Shown here: positions 62,344 through 64,000 of the stretch, in pieces
How positions within the stretch are numbered: position 1 is the first letter of the stretch
Layout: each line of letters opens with the position of its first letter
NCBI RefSeq assembly: GCF_006345805.1
Contig: NC_042997.1
Span: forward strand, 86,118,001-86,182,000
Origin: Octopus sinensis
Taxonomy: Eukaryota
Length of the DNA stretch: 64,000 bases
Reading direction: 5' to 3'
Translations under genes and position numbers: made by a program
Notes under the pieces: generated by a model
Told to the model about the DNA's origin: nothing
Seen by the model: only the letters and a program-made list of their open reading frames with translations
The model's database searches: none

Positions 62344-62930
62344 TTGGGTCTTCCCATTAATAATGCATTTTTTATACTTATTTTAGTTTTCAAAATTAAG
62401 ATAAACAAAGTATTTTTTAATCTAAAATATATTCTCCTTCATTTTCTACAATGCTCTTCCATCTATCTGGTAGACTTGCAAGGCCCCTCTTCCAAATTTC
62501 ACTTGTCCATGACAAAAAATACTTCTCCAGTACTGTTCTTATCTCATATACAGAATTCATTTTTTTCTGCCCAAATGATTTTGAAGACTGTGGAATAAAT
62601 GATAATCAGATGGGGCAATGTCTGGCAAATATGGTGGATGGGGCATCGTTTCCCATTTAAACTGCTTTAGCCTTTGGAATGTCATCTGTACTGTATGTTG
62701 CCAAGCATTATCCTGATGGGAGAACACCTTTTGTCTTCAAACCAAAGATGGTCATTTTTCTTCTAGTGCTGACTTAAGCTGCTCGCTGTAGATTTCTTTT
62801 GTTATCATTTGGTTTGGGTTTAAAAGTTCAAAGTGAACTAAACCTTTCATATCCCACTAACAGATAACAAAACCGTATGTGGGTGAAGGCCTTTTTAGCC
62901 TGGGGTGCCGGTGTTTCTCCATGACACTGG
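62344..62930 (-). mobile_element. 5'-truncated mariner (D34D) transposon, pseudogenised transposase and 3' TIR
   Basis: GLHPHTVLLSV..DMKGLVHFELLNPNQ..HQDNAWQHT..HPPYLPDIAPSDYHLFHSLQNHL..LPDRWKSIVENEGEYILD*. 34 residues between the QDN and PSD aspartates; TA-ttgggtcttccc end at 62342. Confidence 0.92.
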
Positions 62931-63222
62931 TGATAAGATCAGAGGACTCGAGGAAAGAGAAAGACAATAGCAACAATAATGATTAATTGATAAATATGAT
63001 AAATTATGACAATGATGGTGATGATGATTGTCAATATAGCAATGATAATGATGTTAGATCAATGTAATGATGATGATGATGATGATGATGATGAGAGAAG
63101 GAGGAAGAGGAAGTCAAGGAGGGGAATTTTTAAAAAAATAATTTTCCGCTTGATTCATTCTGTTGGAATGTATTAAAACACAATTTAATTGCAATCTTTT
63201 CTGCCAATTTTCTTTGATGTGA

Positions 63223-63258
<36 letters not shown>

Positions 63259-64000
63259 GGTTTGTAAGTATTAATTTTAAATGTATTTCTGATAATATGA
63301 CATGATATAATAAGTAATGCTTAATATTACGAAATGAAAAACATTATGTAAGAACTATAAAAATCGCTATTGATTTCTTTTACAAATATGTGTGTGCGTG
63401 TGTGTGTATTCTTTTGTTTAATCAATATTTGGCAGTTGGTTGTACAAAATGTGTTGTATGACTAACAAAGGTAATAATGAAGTTAGTATCTTACCAATAT
63501 TTCATAGATGAGAAGGTGGTCGAGGTGCTTGGCAGGATTGGTAAAGCACCAGACTAAATGTCTTTCACTAATTAGTGTACTTATTCTTTTCTTCATAAAC
63601 TAGTTTCACTTATTGGATTGTAGCCATTCTGGGGCACTGCTGTCACAGATTTTTAATTGATTATATGATATCAACACTTAGTACTTTTTCTGGTACTTAT
63701 TTTCCATTCTTCTCATAAAGATAGAGAACACAAAATTAACTTTTGCATAAAGAAAGGTTGGACTTAAATATGATAAATAAATAACACTGCTACATACATA
63801 CCCCCCCCCCACACACACACACACACAAACACTATTACTCTGTTTTATATTTTCTCTGTGAGTGAAACTTCATTATAATGATGCAATTTATATAGTGACC
63901 GCAATGACTGAAAGAAACATATTTTTCATTGCTTGGCCACTCCCAGAATTTCCTGCTTAATTTTGAGCCAGTCATAATTTTGAATTCTGGAGTGTTTAAC

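Overview
AT-rich, repeat-saturated eukaryotic DNA that looks intronic or intergenic. The SINE and microsatellite make-up points to a cephalopod, most likely Octopus (inference from recalled repeat families, not searched). No intact protein-coding gene, tRNA, rRNA or CRISPR array is recognisable. Nearly all of the ORF track comes from microsatellites or antisense repeats. Supported content: at least four interspersed SINE-like families (my labels A-D) plus minor tRNA-headed SINEs; many 5'-truncated RTE-clade LINE 3' ends; a decayed D34D mariner transposase and a mariner MITE; two hAT MITEs; three TTAA/piggyBac-type MITEs; long simple-repeat fields. Main findings: (1) four minimal type-I hammerhead-ribozyme motifs of Penelope-like-element style, one nearly intact (32370-32430, minus); (2) two different RTE 3' ends, each with a C2H2 finger, fused back to back (32881-33402); (3) a candidate 18-nt UGC-type microexon (48662-48679) and other weak exon candidates; (4) a near-identical 131-bp local duplication. 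Repeat boundaries are approximate unless TIRs or TSDs are quoted.
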